Shown: positions 13,296-23,597, counted from the first letter of the stretch. The stretch is 64,000 bases of DNA from Raillietiella orientalis (GCA_036172245.1 JAYWIR010000019.1:496001-560000); one strand, 5' to 3'. Notes: generated by a model from the sequence alone, not told the origin. Translations and numbers: made by a program.

Positions 13296-13821
13296 CAACT
13301 GACTACTCGATTTTCTGTAAAAAATGTACTTTTTGATATAATAACTGAAAATCAATCTGACCATTTTGAAACAGCTGGTCCCCATAAAAAACACTTTGTA
13401 GAGTGCTTGGTTATGCTAATCTTCAAATATCATAAACTTTCGTATGACAATAACTGCAGTAATAAATACTGCTGATGCAACAGTTTCTATATAACAAGAA
13501 TGTTACAGTATACTTAACAACATTCAAAAATAATCATCAACACATGCTAGATAACTAATGAAGATGCATAAGATTCAAAGTCAACACCAAAAAACGTTAA
13601 TATCAATATCAGTGTGGATTTCATTTGCATACCAAATCATCACACTTTGGTTGTTTAAAAAAAAAAAGCTATTCGGAAATGTCTTAATTTTAATAATCGG
13701 TTAATCAAAAAATGATCCAGAAAACAATTGAAATTTAACTTGACCAAATGTTCTGTTTAAAGAGACTTCATGAAAAACAAGGTTTGATCGAAAGAAAAGA
13801 TGCAAATCAAGTTTAACATAC

Positions 13822-13992
13822 CAGTTTTATCTTTGCTGCAGCTCTGTTACCGTATAAAACTGCTCTCTCTTGTTTACATGACTCTGGGCATACGTTCAAT
13901 GCCTTAGTGTATGCCTCAATCGATTCCTCGAACCTACTACTTTTGAAACATATATTTCCTTCAGTTTTTAATTCATTTGAAGCAGCAAGCTT
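13822..13992 (-). CDS. TTC1: TTC1-like, coding exon 2/5 (TPR1-TPR2)
   Basis: gttttcag|AAG...CTG|gtatgt, phase 0-0. Encodes KLAASNELKTEGNICFKSSRFEESIEAYTKALNVCPESCKQERAVLYGNRAAAKIKL, a classic TPR (K.EGN..FK...Y..A...Y..AL...AVLY.NRAA). Confidence 0.93.
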
Positions 13993-14066
13993 CTGAAAAC
14001 ATGGAAAACATGCCCGTTGATACCACTTCAATCAGTAAAGATGAGATCTTTGAGAATATCATCTAC

Positions 14067-14264
14067 CTCTTCTAAAGAGCAATTCGTTTCAACATTCTCA
14101 GAGTCCCTGAGTCCCTTATGAGGGTTAACATTTAACTCATTAAGAGTATCACTCAGTTTAAGGTCCTCTCCAGTACTTTCTTTGTTTGAGTCACTTGATG
14201 AGTCTCGTATTAAATCTTCGATCACAGTTTCCGGATCCTTAGTAAATGTTTTTTTCTCTGCCAT
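14067..14264 (-). CDS. TTC1: TTC1-like, first coding exon (acidic N-terminus, 66 aa)
   Basis: MAEKKTFTKDPETVIEDL...NCSLEE|gtagat. A 74 bp intron with a TACTGAT branch-like motif joins it in frame to exon 2. The full model is 726 nt (241 aa plus stop). The donor is weak, so this boundary is less certain. Confidence 0.75.
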
Positions 14265-16322
14265 ACCTTAAACTTGTAATAAACGATACTATATTAAATT
14301 GTATGCATCTACGTTGCAGCTGCTTTTGAACATAACATGGAATTTCAACAAACATACTCTGCATTAAAATCAAGCAAACAGGCTTTTTTCTTATATGGGA
14401 GTGCCTAAAAACATTAAACAGTACTCATATATAATTGAAAAGCTTCCATAATCAATCATATCTTTTTCCTGATAGGTTTTCCCTTAAGACACTGCTGCCA
14501 AGCTACTTTTACTTCACGAGCATCAAATGTGTGCTGATTGCTAGTGATCTTGAATTTCGAATGTACAGGTGTATGAAATTCAAATAGAAGTGTTTTCGTG
14601 CGGTAGAATTTCAAAAGACACTCTGATTGCAGGTGAAGGTGGAACTTTTGCGATCTTGGAATTTCCTCAAGATTCTTAAACGCATAAGCGCTCTTCTTAA
14701 AATAGATATATGAATCTAACTAAAACAATTCTAGACTAATGTATGAATTTGAGTGTATGTATGGAGTATGTAATGTATGAAGCCAAACTCATGAATTTTG
14801 AAAATTTATTAAACCAACTAGAAATAAAATAGAAAATAAATAATCTTAATGAAAAGAATGCAATAGAAACTTTAAAACAAATAATAAGTTTAAAATTTAT
14901 TATTATTATATTATATAAATTTTTAAAGCTATACTAAAATTTATTCAAGTCCTTTATGTGCTTATTCCTTCTTAACGATATACTGATTTTAGGTTGACAA
15001 CTCAATAACAGGTACTATGCTTTCGAAAATGAATGAAGAATGAAGGAAAGAAAGCAAGTTTTCTTGGAAATATAAATACTAAAATCAGTTTGAGTTACGG
15101 AGGTGTTTTCATAGCGACAAAGTTCATTTAAAAAAAAAATACAGCAATAACAATGCGGTATACAAAAATTTAGGGAAACGAACACGTCTTAGCTACTCAG
15201 AGAAAAATGTTAAAAAATAATTAAAACACTAAGCATTAATAAAATAGATCTATATTCAGTTTTGTATCGTTCCGAGCTAGTCTGTATCAGTTACAGCTCC
15301 CATTTCAAACAATCAAAAAAAGACAGCAAAATACTATCAGTGTCTTAACGATTCCAGCCAAGTTACGAACACTTTCATGTGAAGTAGATGCTATTAAAAC
15401 TATTTCTAGACCATTAGAAGTTTAACCAAGAAGTTGATCTTCTCATACTCCTAATAAGACTAACATAGTATTTGCCGTTGCACCTTGTACTAATCATGTT
15501 GTTTATGCCTGCCATCCGGAAAGTTTTGTGTACAAGGGCAGGAGTGATTGTTAGATCTTCCTAAATTTGGAATCCTTTTGTCGTTTTCACAGTCTTCTGG
15601 TGAAACATGCATAAAAATCTCAGCAATCCCGGTATTCCGGAAAGAAATCATCAATCCCAGCATCACATAATTTTGAGGAAAAAATATCACAATCAGTAGA
15701 AGTCAAAGTACTTGCAAGTTTGTTCTGTCATTTCGCTTATTCTGTGCTTTGCTTTGCTCCAACGCTTTCATTTCACTTTTACTGTACCATCTAGCTAAAT
15801 ACCTCAGTGAGGGTTGAATGTGATCCAAAGGGAGAGGTTGAGTGAAGTAAAATCTTCGTTTGACTCCAGCGACCAAAACCACTGTGGATTTTAACACAAC
15901 CAAAAGGAGATTGATAAAGACGGATACAAATCGAATGCAGAGCGCTATCCGATAAGAAGCTAAGCAGCACTGATCCCCAATTCGTACAGCATTCGCGCAG
16001 CAGCAATGATCAGGAATTTTAATCGGGCTGATGATGTTTTCTTCGATTCCCGGTGTGCATAAACAAAGTGCTGTTGCCGTGGCTACTCTGCGGCCACCCT
16101 GGTTACCCGGTGCGTAGAACGGAAGTCCCGTGTCTGGAAGAGTACAACCAGTGGAGCGAAGGGCACGGATCAGGTGGAGTCTTTTCGCCGAGGTGTGCAT
16201 TCCTCTAGGAGTCTGCAGCTGATGGGTCTGGATCTTCCTCGTTTCCACCTTGCGGATGATTCTGCATGGAGAAGCAAACGTTTTCGGATTCGCGCGCAGG
16301 ACTGCAGCACAAAACGGGAAGC

Positions 16323-16359
16323 GCACTCCCGAAGGAAGGAGGGATTCTGACAATGGACC
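16323..16359 (+). promoter_or_regulatory. Putative snRNA-type Pol II promoter (PSEA-like and PSEB-like boxes)
   Basis: Relative to +1=16384, positions -61..-41 read GCACTCCCGAAGGAAGGAGGG, sharing the A.TCCC.A core in register with the Drosophila PSEA as I recall it (TAATTCCCAA...). After an 8 bp spacer, -32..-25 reads AATGGACC against PSEB CATGGA(G/A)A. The matches are partial. Confidence 0.4.
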
Positions 16360-16383
16360 GACCGGTCCGCAACCGCCGATCAG

Positions 16384-16531
16384 ATCGCTTCTCGGCTAAG
16401 ATATCTGAGTGTAGTATCTGAACCCTGCTCCTGAGGGTTCTCCTCTCCCGGCCGCACGAGCCGGGGAAGGGGAGGAGGGAGTGGTCCCCCGTGGCTGCGC
16501 CCAACTCGAGGAAGTGTTGCGCGCCGCTCCC
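16384..16531 (+). ncRNA. Divergent U2 snRNA-like element (U2 5' head plus novel structured body, no Sm site)
   Basis: ATCGCTTCTCGG-CTAAGAT-ATCTG-AGTGTAGTATCTG versus U2 ATCGCTTCTCGGCCTTTTGGCTAAGATCAAGTGTAGTATCTG. Three hairpins follow (16420-16440, 16440-16474, 16477-16531). U2 homology of the head is clear; expression and the 3' end are inferred. Confidence 0.7.
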
Positions 16532-16671
16532 GTAAAAGTCGGTGTTCCAATCAATCAAGCAAGAAGTCAGAAGTCGGAGCAGCAACGAAAAAGAGAGTTT
16601 TCCGTGCAAAACAAAAGGTGGGGAGAGGGAGAACGTGAGCTTTCAACTGTGTGCGCTTTTATTCCGTCGAG

Positions 16672-16703
<32 letters not shown>

Positions 16704-18548
16704 GAAAAAAAAAAGAAAAGACAAGAAAAGAAAAGAAAATCTGTTTGAGAAACAGGATGTTTGAGAAACGGAAATCCCAACAATGAGGAAGGCAACTGCG
16801 AAAAAAGGGGAAAAAATTTTGACGTTCCTCCTGTACGTCGTGAAAAGCTTGCGCGTGTCTTTCCGAGGGAAGAGACGATGTTGTTGTTGGTTTTTGTTTC
16901 GTTTCCCCCGTCAGCGTTGATTTCCCAACCGCGTGGACAGGTCCGTGGATGCAGTGGGTTTTTCCCCGACCGAATGGATTTGCCCGCTCACGAAGAGTGC
17001 ATCCGCCTTCGCTCGTGATGTCGACGTCAGGAACGGGAGGGATGCTTTCCCGAGGAAAGTTTCGTCGGAGAAATCGTTTTGCAACCGGCGCCGGGGGCAT
17101 GTTGTCGCCTTTTTTTTTTTCCTTCCTACTTTTCCTTCCTCGCCGTCCGCCCGCGGGACCCCGGGCAGCAGGCCGAGGGCGCCGGGCGCAGGTCCGGGGA
17201 CCGGCTCGGGAACGCCCGGAGCATCCGGTGCGGAAGGCCGCCATTGGGAAAAGGGAAGAGACGAACGAGCTGAGGACTTCGTCGGCGGGCGGCAGTCTTT
17301 TTGACCGCCCCATTTGCGTGCGTGCGCTCGCGTGCATCCCCGTGCTTTCTTCTAGCGGTTTCCACGTGCAGGTCTTTCGCGCCCGCGTTGGAACGTTCCC
17401 TTCGACCGTGTTTGCCGAGGAAGCAAGCGGCACCCCGCACGTCCCTCCCTGGGAAGGGAGCGCACACACAAAAAGAAAGACGGATGATTTATTCGTGGCG
17501 CGGCGGTAGGGAAATCGCGACGGAACAAGGGGGACCCCCCTTTCAGCCGGAGCGGGGAGCCGCATGCCGCGGACGTAAAAACAAGCTGCGGAATCCCTCG
17601 ATTCGATCTTCGCTTCCCGGATCCCGGACGGCTCTTCGAAGCGCCCGGAACCTGTTGCGCCGGCCAATTACTTGTCAACCTCTTGATCGATTCCCGCTGC
17701 CAGGCAGGCACGGAGAGGCCACGTGGACGGGGTGGTGCGCTTTGCGCGCGAACGGCCACGGAGGAGCAGGAGAGACCCCGCAGCTCCTTGGAAGGGGGGC
17801 AGCAGCGGCAGGCGGAAGGGAGGCTGAGCAGAAGAGTGGACGGTGCCCTCCTACTGAATTCGCTCACTCGAAGAAAGGCAGTCCGGAGCAAACGCGCTCA
17901 CATGGTCCTTCGTCAGTTCGTCATTACAATGATGACCGCCGACTGCACGTCACCTCCGGGAAACCAGCAGCTCGGCGGGATGAGGAATAGCGCGCGGGAG
18001 GCGTAGAGAGCAGAGGACTTCGACCACGAGAGGCGGCATCCCTTCCCAGACCTCCCATCTTGTGGTTCCACCTGGGAGGTGCTGCTGGACGTCGAAGAGG
18101 AGTTTCCGGAGAGGCGGCGGCGGAATGGCACGCAGCGATCCCTTCCTTTCCTCCCGGACACCCGCGGTCCACCTCCCGACGTCGCCGCCCGTCGCTCCCC
18201 GGAGTTTCACCGCTACCCCGCGTCTGCCGACCGCAGCCACCTGGAGATTCGACGTTGCTACGGAAAGAGCGGGTCGTCTGCTGCCGACACGAGCCGGCGC
18301 ACACCTTCCGCCATCGGGACTCCCTCCCGGTTGCGACGGCGGCTCCCAGTCACCCCGGTTCCGTGCGGCCGTTGCGGGCCCGTTCCATCCACGAAGGCGG
18401 CGATGGTGGATCGGGCAGCGGGGGTGCAACTGGCGGCGAGACGGCCGCCAGGTGTCGCGCGCGTCGCGTCCGTCCGGGACACCCACGCGACCAGTGCGGG
18501 AGACGCGTGACGATGGACCCGTGGCTGCTGCTCGTTGCCGGAGCTGCA

Positions 18549-19843
18549 ACCGTTCCCGCGCTTCTCGTGCTCTCAGACGCCTCCGGAGCACCCTGTTCGA
18601 GGCGTTGCGTGGGAACGAGTCGCCAGCACGCCCTTCCCTCCTTCCTTCCTTTTTCGAATACCGAGAGTAGCCAATCAGCGAGCACCGGGCGCGGTGACGT
18701 CATCCATCTCTGGTCGCAAGCGCCACGTGCAACGGAACACCCGCGTGAGCCAGCCGACCTGAGAAGGCCCTTCGCTCGCGCGGAACCGGGATGGCCGCCG
18801 AGATCCCTGCTCCTGCTCAGCGGTCATCCCGATCCGACCTTCTGGTCCGCGGCGCAGCCGCCTGCGGAGGGCGCTCGCCTCCCCCACGGTCGCGGCCAGC
18901 ACGACGACGATCGCCCACTTCAGCGCGCTCGCCGCACCTTCGACTCACGGCGGTACTCTCCGTCCATCCGCAGGAACGCGCATCGGCCGTCGCAAGCGCC
19001 AACCGGTGCTCGGGAGACGGCGTCCCAGCCATCCCGTCGCGACTCTTCGACCCTGCGAGGCGGAAGCACCGCCGCCGAGTGGCGGTCGCATGTTCAAACG
19101 GCTGCCGCTTCGGTCCCTCTCATTCACCGCCCATGCGCGGGTGCCTTCGTGTGACGAAATCACCACCACCACTAACTGTCTTCCGCCCGTGCTGCAGACG
19201 CCGAGGCACACCGCTCGAACGTTTATCGCCTTTGGCAGCGAGCGTCAGCAGCAGCAGCAGCAGCAGGCACAGGCGTTTCCTTGGAAGCGGCTGCTTCGGA
19301 CGCCTGCCCGTTCGGCAGCAGCGCAGAGTGAAGCGCGCCGCCCGCTTCTCACTTCTTGCTGTTCCGGTGACGCGCGCGATTCTTCCGCGGCACTCGCTCA
19401 AAGAGACGCCTCGCGCAGCCCGCTGTGGAAAAAGTGGACAGGAGAGTCGTCGTCCGATGCCACGAGAGGAGGAGTCGCAGAGGGAGCGACCTCCGTCGGG
19501 CGCAACAGCAAGAAGAAGGAAAGAGCGAGAGCACGGCGTTGGCCAGCGGCATGGCTCGCGCTGCGAAGAGACCGTTGCGACCAGCAGTCCTGGTGACGCC
19601 GCCGATGGCCGCGTGCTCGCTGATTGGCTACGCGCGTCATTCGCAAAAGGAAAGAAGGAAGGAAGGAAAGGGGAAAGGGGGGGGGGGGCTGGCGACTGGC
19701 GACTCGCTCCCGCGGAGTCCTGCGGGCGTCTTCCGTTTGCACTCAACGCCTCGTCCTTCCACTCTGCAGAGAGCCTGCACGGATGGCCGCGGAGAGGTGC
19801 GTGCGCTGGAGGGGTCTGAGCGCACGCGAAGCGCGGGAACGGT
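18549..19843. repeat. Long imperfect inverted repeat (arms ~18549-18719 and ~19575-19843), a probable foldback or non-autonomous DNA element
   Basis: ACCGTTCCCGCGCTTCTCGTGCTCTCAGACGCCTCC matches the reverse complement of ~19808-19843. GTAGCCAATCAGCGAGCAC matches GTGCTCGCTGATTGGCTAC, and CTGGTCGCAA matches TTGCGACCAG. The ORF track shows VLADWL..F.KG.KEGR on both strands. Confidence 0.75.
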
Positions 19844-20399
19844 CGGAAGTGGACGGAGGGGGGCCGCCACGAGCTGCTCACCGCCGACCGGACGGTTTGC
19901 GCCAGTCCGGCGGAGAAGGTGCCGAACACCGGCGCGGCCCCGGGAGGGTGGGCCAAGACCGGCAGGAAGTTTGCACGGAGGACCGACCGACGACGCTCGG
20001 GGCCGCTGGGACGCAGCTGCCCCATGGCACTTTCGGGACGGGAGAGATGCGGCGGCAAGCCACTGGACGGCGACAGCGTGGAACGACAGTCCACCCCGGC
20101 GGTCGCAGCATCCAACTCAGAGGGACGCGCGCCGACCTGGGAAGACCTTGCTGGTCAGTGGGAAAGGCCGTGCGCTTCTTCGGAATGGACCGCCCCTTTT
20201 CGCAGAGGCAGGGGAAATCTGGAAGGAAATCCACGCGTGCGGCCCGCCAGCAGTGAAACGCGGCGCGCCTCGGAACGTGCGGTGGTGAGGTGCGGCACGG
20301 CCGATGCGCGTCCTCCGGACGCAGCTGCCAGCGACCGAGCGGCAGAGGTGCGCGGGCGATCCGCCAGGGTGAGGCCTGTGGGCACCCGCGCAAGGGCGA

Positions 20400-20470
20400 A
20401 GCGGGAGCAGAGGGGACCCGTCGTGGTGCGGAACGGAAGGTTGCGGGTTCGAATCCCTGGCGGCGTCGCA
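20400..20470 (+). mobile_element. Degenerate tRNA-derived SINE head (B box)
   Basis: AAGGTTGCGGGTTCGAATCCC at ~20437-20457. The A box and cloverleaf are not preserved. Confidence 0.4.
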
Positions 20471-23326
20471 GCAGGGGTGGGGGGCAATGAGCTCTCCTCA
20501 AGAATGCCTCATGCGCTGTCAGTCCCGAGTTTCGGGCAAGCAGTGATGCCCCATGGGCGTGGAGCCCCTTCCCACCCCCTCCCCTCCTCGTCGTAAGGCG
20601 AGCGGAAAGACGCAATTTCGAATCCGCGGGAAGTGCAGCCGAGCGAAAGGCAATGCGCTCTCCTAAACAGTGCGCATGGAGCCGAGGCTGGAGCTTGGCC
20701 AAGTGGCGTGGACCCCCTCACCCCCTCCTTTTCCTGGTGACGAGACACTGAGTAAATTCGACTCTCGGTAGTGCACGCAAGCAAATCCATCGTCTCAAGA
20801 GCCCTGATGAGCATCCCTCACGGTCGAGCGCTTCTGCCAAGAACCCCGAAGCCAAGTGTCGAAGAGGTGTGGCGTCCCCTGCGATGGAGCACGCGGCAAA
20901 CCGCAGCCGCAACCTGCCATCAGCCCAAGGGGGTGCTGCTACAACCGCTCTCCGATCGAAGGGCGCCGTCTCGGAAGACAACGGAAGTGGTGACCACGAA
21001 CGCCCTGCAGCCGCAGCCTCCACTGCTGTCGGTCACCCTCCCCCCTCACCCCTGCACCCGTGCTTGGAAACAGTCCCCAGAGTAAACATTCCTGGAGCGC
21101 TCATCTCCTTGCTCTTTCGACTGTCACGCGCTCGAGGCATCCCCCTTCCCGTCCCTTTGTAAATGTGACCACGAACGGGAATGCTGAGAGCGACGGGATT
21201 TGCGTGCGGAGGAATGGCTTGGCTCTCTGGAGCGGCCGTGGGGGCAGATTGAGCCCTGATCCTTCTCTGGATCTGGGAGCGCCTGAACCACGAGCGCATC
21301 GTCACGCCCTTGCCGGATTAGTGGATTCGTCGGCCTAATGGGATGGCTAGCCTTCCGCTCCGACCGTTGCCCCCCAACCCCTTCTTCACCTTCCGCCGCC
21401 GCGTCCCTCTACAGGCCGCTCGCAACCTCCCGGAAATCGATCGCGGGAGGGATTGAAGAGCTGTGGGGTTCCACCCTTCGCGAAGAGTCATCTGCTTCGA
21501 GGTGGGAGTGGGGAGTCGCACTCGACCACTCACAGGGCCGGAGGGACACCCGGCGTCTGGCTGGAGGACCGTTCTCGTTGCGGTCACCGCTTCTTCGAGG
21601 ACTGCTCCCGCCTCTCTTCGGCTGCTCCCGGTCGCACCTGCCACCGCAACATCCGTGGGACTTTTGACCTGCCGGTCCCAGCAGTAGATCTCAGTCCGAG
21701 GAAGAGAGAAGGAAGAGGAGGAGGGTGGAACGAGAATGGACCGAATTGATGGTGAACAGCGAGGACTTTGACCCACGTGACATCACATTTGCAAGACCTC
21801 CGGGGCGGATCCCGGAGCAAGACGACCGAAGAAGTCCGCGGGTGGCCGCTCCGCAATCGGCGGACCGACCACTCGTGGATCTCTTTGGCTGCTCCTGGAA
21901 AGGCCAAGACCCTCTCACTGGTGGCGCAGAGGTCATGCTGACCAGCGGAAGCTACCTGCACGCAGCCTTCGAAAGCCAGCCGCCGATCCGGCACGTGCCG
22001 ACGCGAGGACCAGAGAGGCTCGAAAGCTGAGCACCCCTTGGGAAGATCTTGAATTTGCGATCGATATGTGCGTGGGGCAGGGAGGGGATGTAAGGGGAGC
22101 CATCCAGAACTTCCCGAACGGTCACTCGCTCGAGACGAACGCGGGGCAGAAGCGGCCTGGGAAATGCCACGCTCGCAGGCACGACGGACGCGCAAACTGC
22201 CCGCCGCCGCTGCTGCGAGGGGGCGGGGCGTTACGGAGCCGCCCCCCTCCGTGGGCGCGCAGGGAAGTCGGAGAAGCGCCAACGAGCTTCCGCCTTCCGG
22301 AGGGGCGCCGCGACACATCCGGTTTAGCAGGCGGAGGGGGGGCGCCTGCGCCCGAGCCGGCAGTACCCGAGACGGTGAAGAGGGAAGCGGCTGCTGGTGC
22401 TTCGAGAGGAAAATGCGGCCCTTCCGGCCCCTTTCGGACCCATCTTGAGACGCGTCGTGAGCTCTTCGTGGCCCTTCCGGAAATTTCCCTCTGCCGCCCA
22501 TCGTGACGCCACAACCAGCGGGCTGGCTAACCACTGCGGACCCCGCCCCGGGCGGTTTCTCGGTCTGCCTGCCGGCGGCATCTGCCGGGATGATGATGAG
22601 GAGGAGGACGAGGAGCAGAAGAATTTTCGCTTTTCCCTTTTTCGAGGTCATCCAAGCGAGGAGCTCCCGGACGCAGCAGCTGCAGCCCAACAGAGGAAGA
22701 TCCGCGGGCTCTCGTCGAGATGCACGGGACTGGAAACGCTTCCGGTTCCGTGCGTCCCGGGGGCGGGAGCTCCGACCCCGCCGGGAAGCACAGGGGGGAC
22801 CTCTGTCACGGGGGGAAGTGGGCGAGGGAGATCACCCTGGAGAGCTGGGCGCGCCCCGCAGTCTCCGCGGGTCGTGGACCCCAGCCGCTGCGTGCCTCGA
22901 GCGTGGTACAAAAAGTCGCGTTTATTGCATCACAGGAAATGATTGGGGGGAGGGAGGATGCGGACGAGCCGTGGGGTTGTTGGGGCCGTCGTGTAGGGGC
23001 AAAGGGCGGTGGTCCTCGCAGCACACCGGGGAGGAGGCTGAGGTTCCTCCGTGCAGCAGAGGCGGCGGCGGCGGCGGCGGCGGGCGTGGTGGCGGCCGCA
23101 TCCAGAAGGCCAGGGGACGAACGGAAGTCCGGTCCCTCCTTCCACCGGTGGATCAGTGCGACCTCCGGGCACACTGCAGGAAGACCAGTAGCAGGAGCGT
23201 CCGGGAACCTGGAAAGACGGGGAGGAAAGGGGTCACTGGGCAAGACGGTTGGGGGGGTACGCCCACGCGGGAGCGCTGCCCTCCCGGACTGAGAGGGGGG
23301 GAGGGGTCAGTGGGCGCCGAACTCAC

Positions 23327-23597
23327 CGGTCAAGGCCCTGCTGTTGCACAGTCCACTTCCTCCGCCTCCTCGCATCTCGGCTAGCTGCGCCTTGTGGAAC
23401 CTCTCTGCTCGCGTCGCCGTCCTCTCCCGGCTCTTCCAGTAAACATCCGGGATGCTGGCGGAGCACCGCAGCCGCATCTCCCCCGTGGGGGTCTCGAAGT
23501 GCTTCCTCCGGGCCTTGAACTCGAGTCCCAGGATGGCCGTCTCCGTGCCGTCCACTTCGCCCACGCGCGGGTACGGCCTCAGGAAGCGCCTCTCCGC
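23327..23597 (-). CDS. Beat-family Ig protein, exon 5 (second half of Ig domain 2 plus linker)
   Basis: cccctgcag|GCG, phase 0. Encodes AERRFLRPYPRVGEVDGTETAILGLEFKARRKHFETPTGEMRLRCSASIPDVYWKS, matching the Beat pattern ET..LGL.F.....HF..G.M.L.C.A.I..VY. It ends at donor G|gtgagt (23327) or reads through to the stop at 23307. Confidence 0.88.

Noticed and set aside
9900..13700. Nested gene or endogenous viral element in TTC1 intron 2
   Set aside because: The frames are broken by stops, and the readable pieces resemble LINE ORF2 motifs rather than viral or cellular proteins.
15703..16353. 216 aa minus-strand ORF upstream of TTC1
   Set aside because: No recognisable domain and a non-ATG start. 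It probably overlaps promoter or 5' UTR sequence.
16810..16825. AATTTTGA as the Sm site of the U2-like RNA
   Set aside because: It lies ~430 nt from the 5' end, beyond homopolymer tracts, and is not between hairpins as in U2. Likely chance.
20800..20830. CTGATGAG here, and similar motifs near 6490, 45802, 46910 and 61314, as hammerhead ribozyme cores
   Set aside because: I could not build a stem II closed by GAAA together with stems I and III at any of these sites.
22560..22690. KILLLLVLLLIIIPADAAG as a Beat membrane anchor or separate secreted protein
   Set aside because: It derives from (GAG/GAT)n triplets, and I could not link it by a convincing splice acceptor or start codon.
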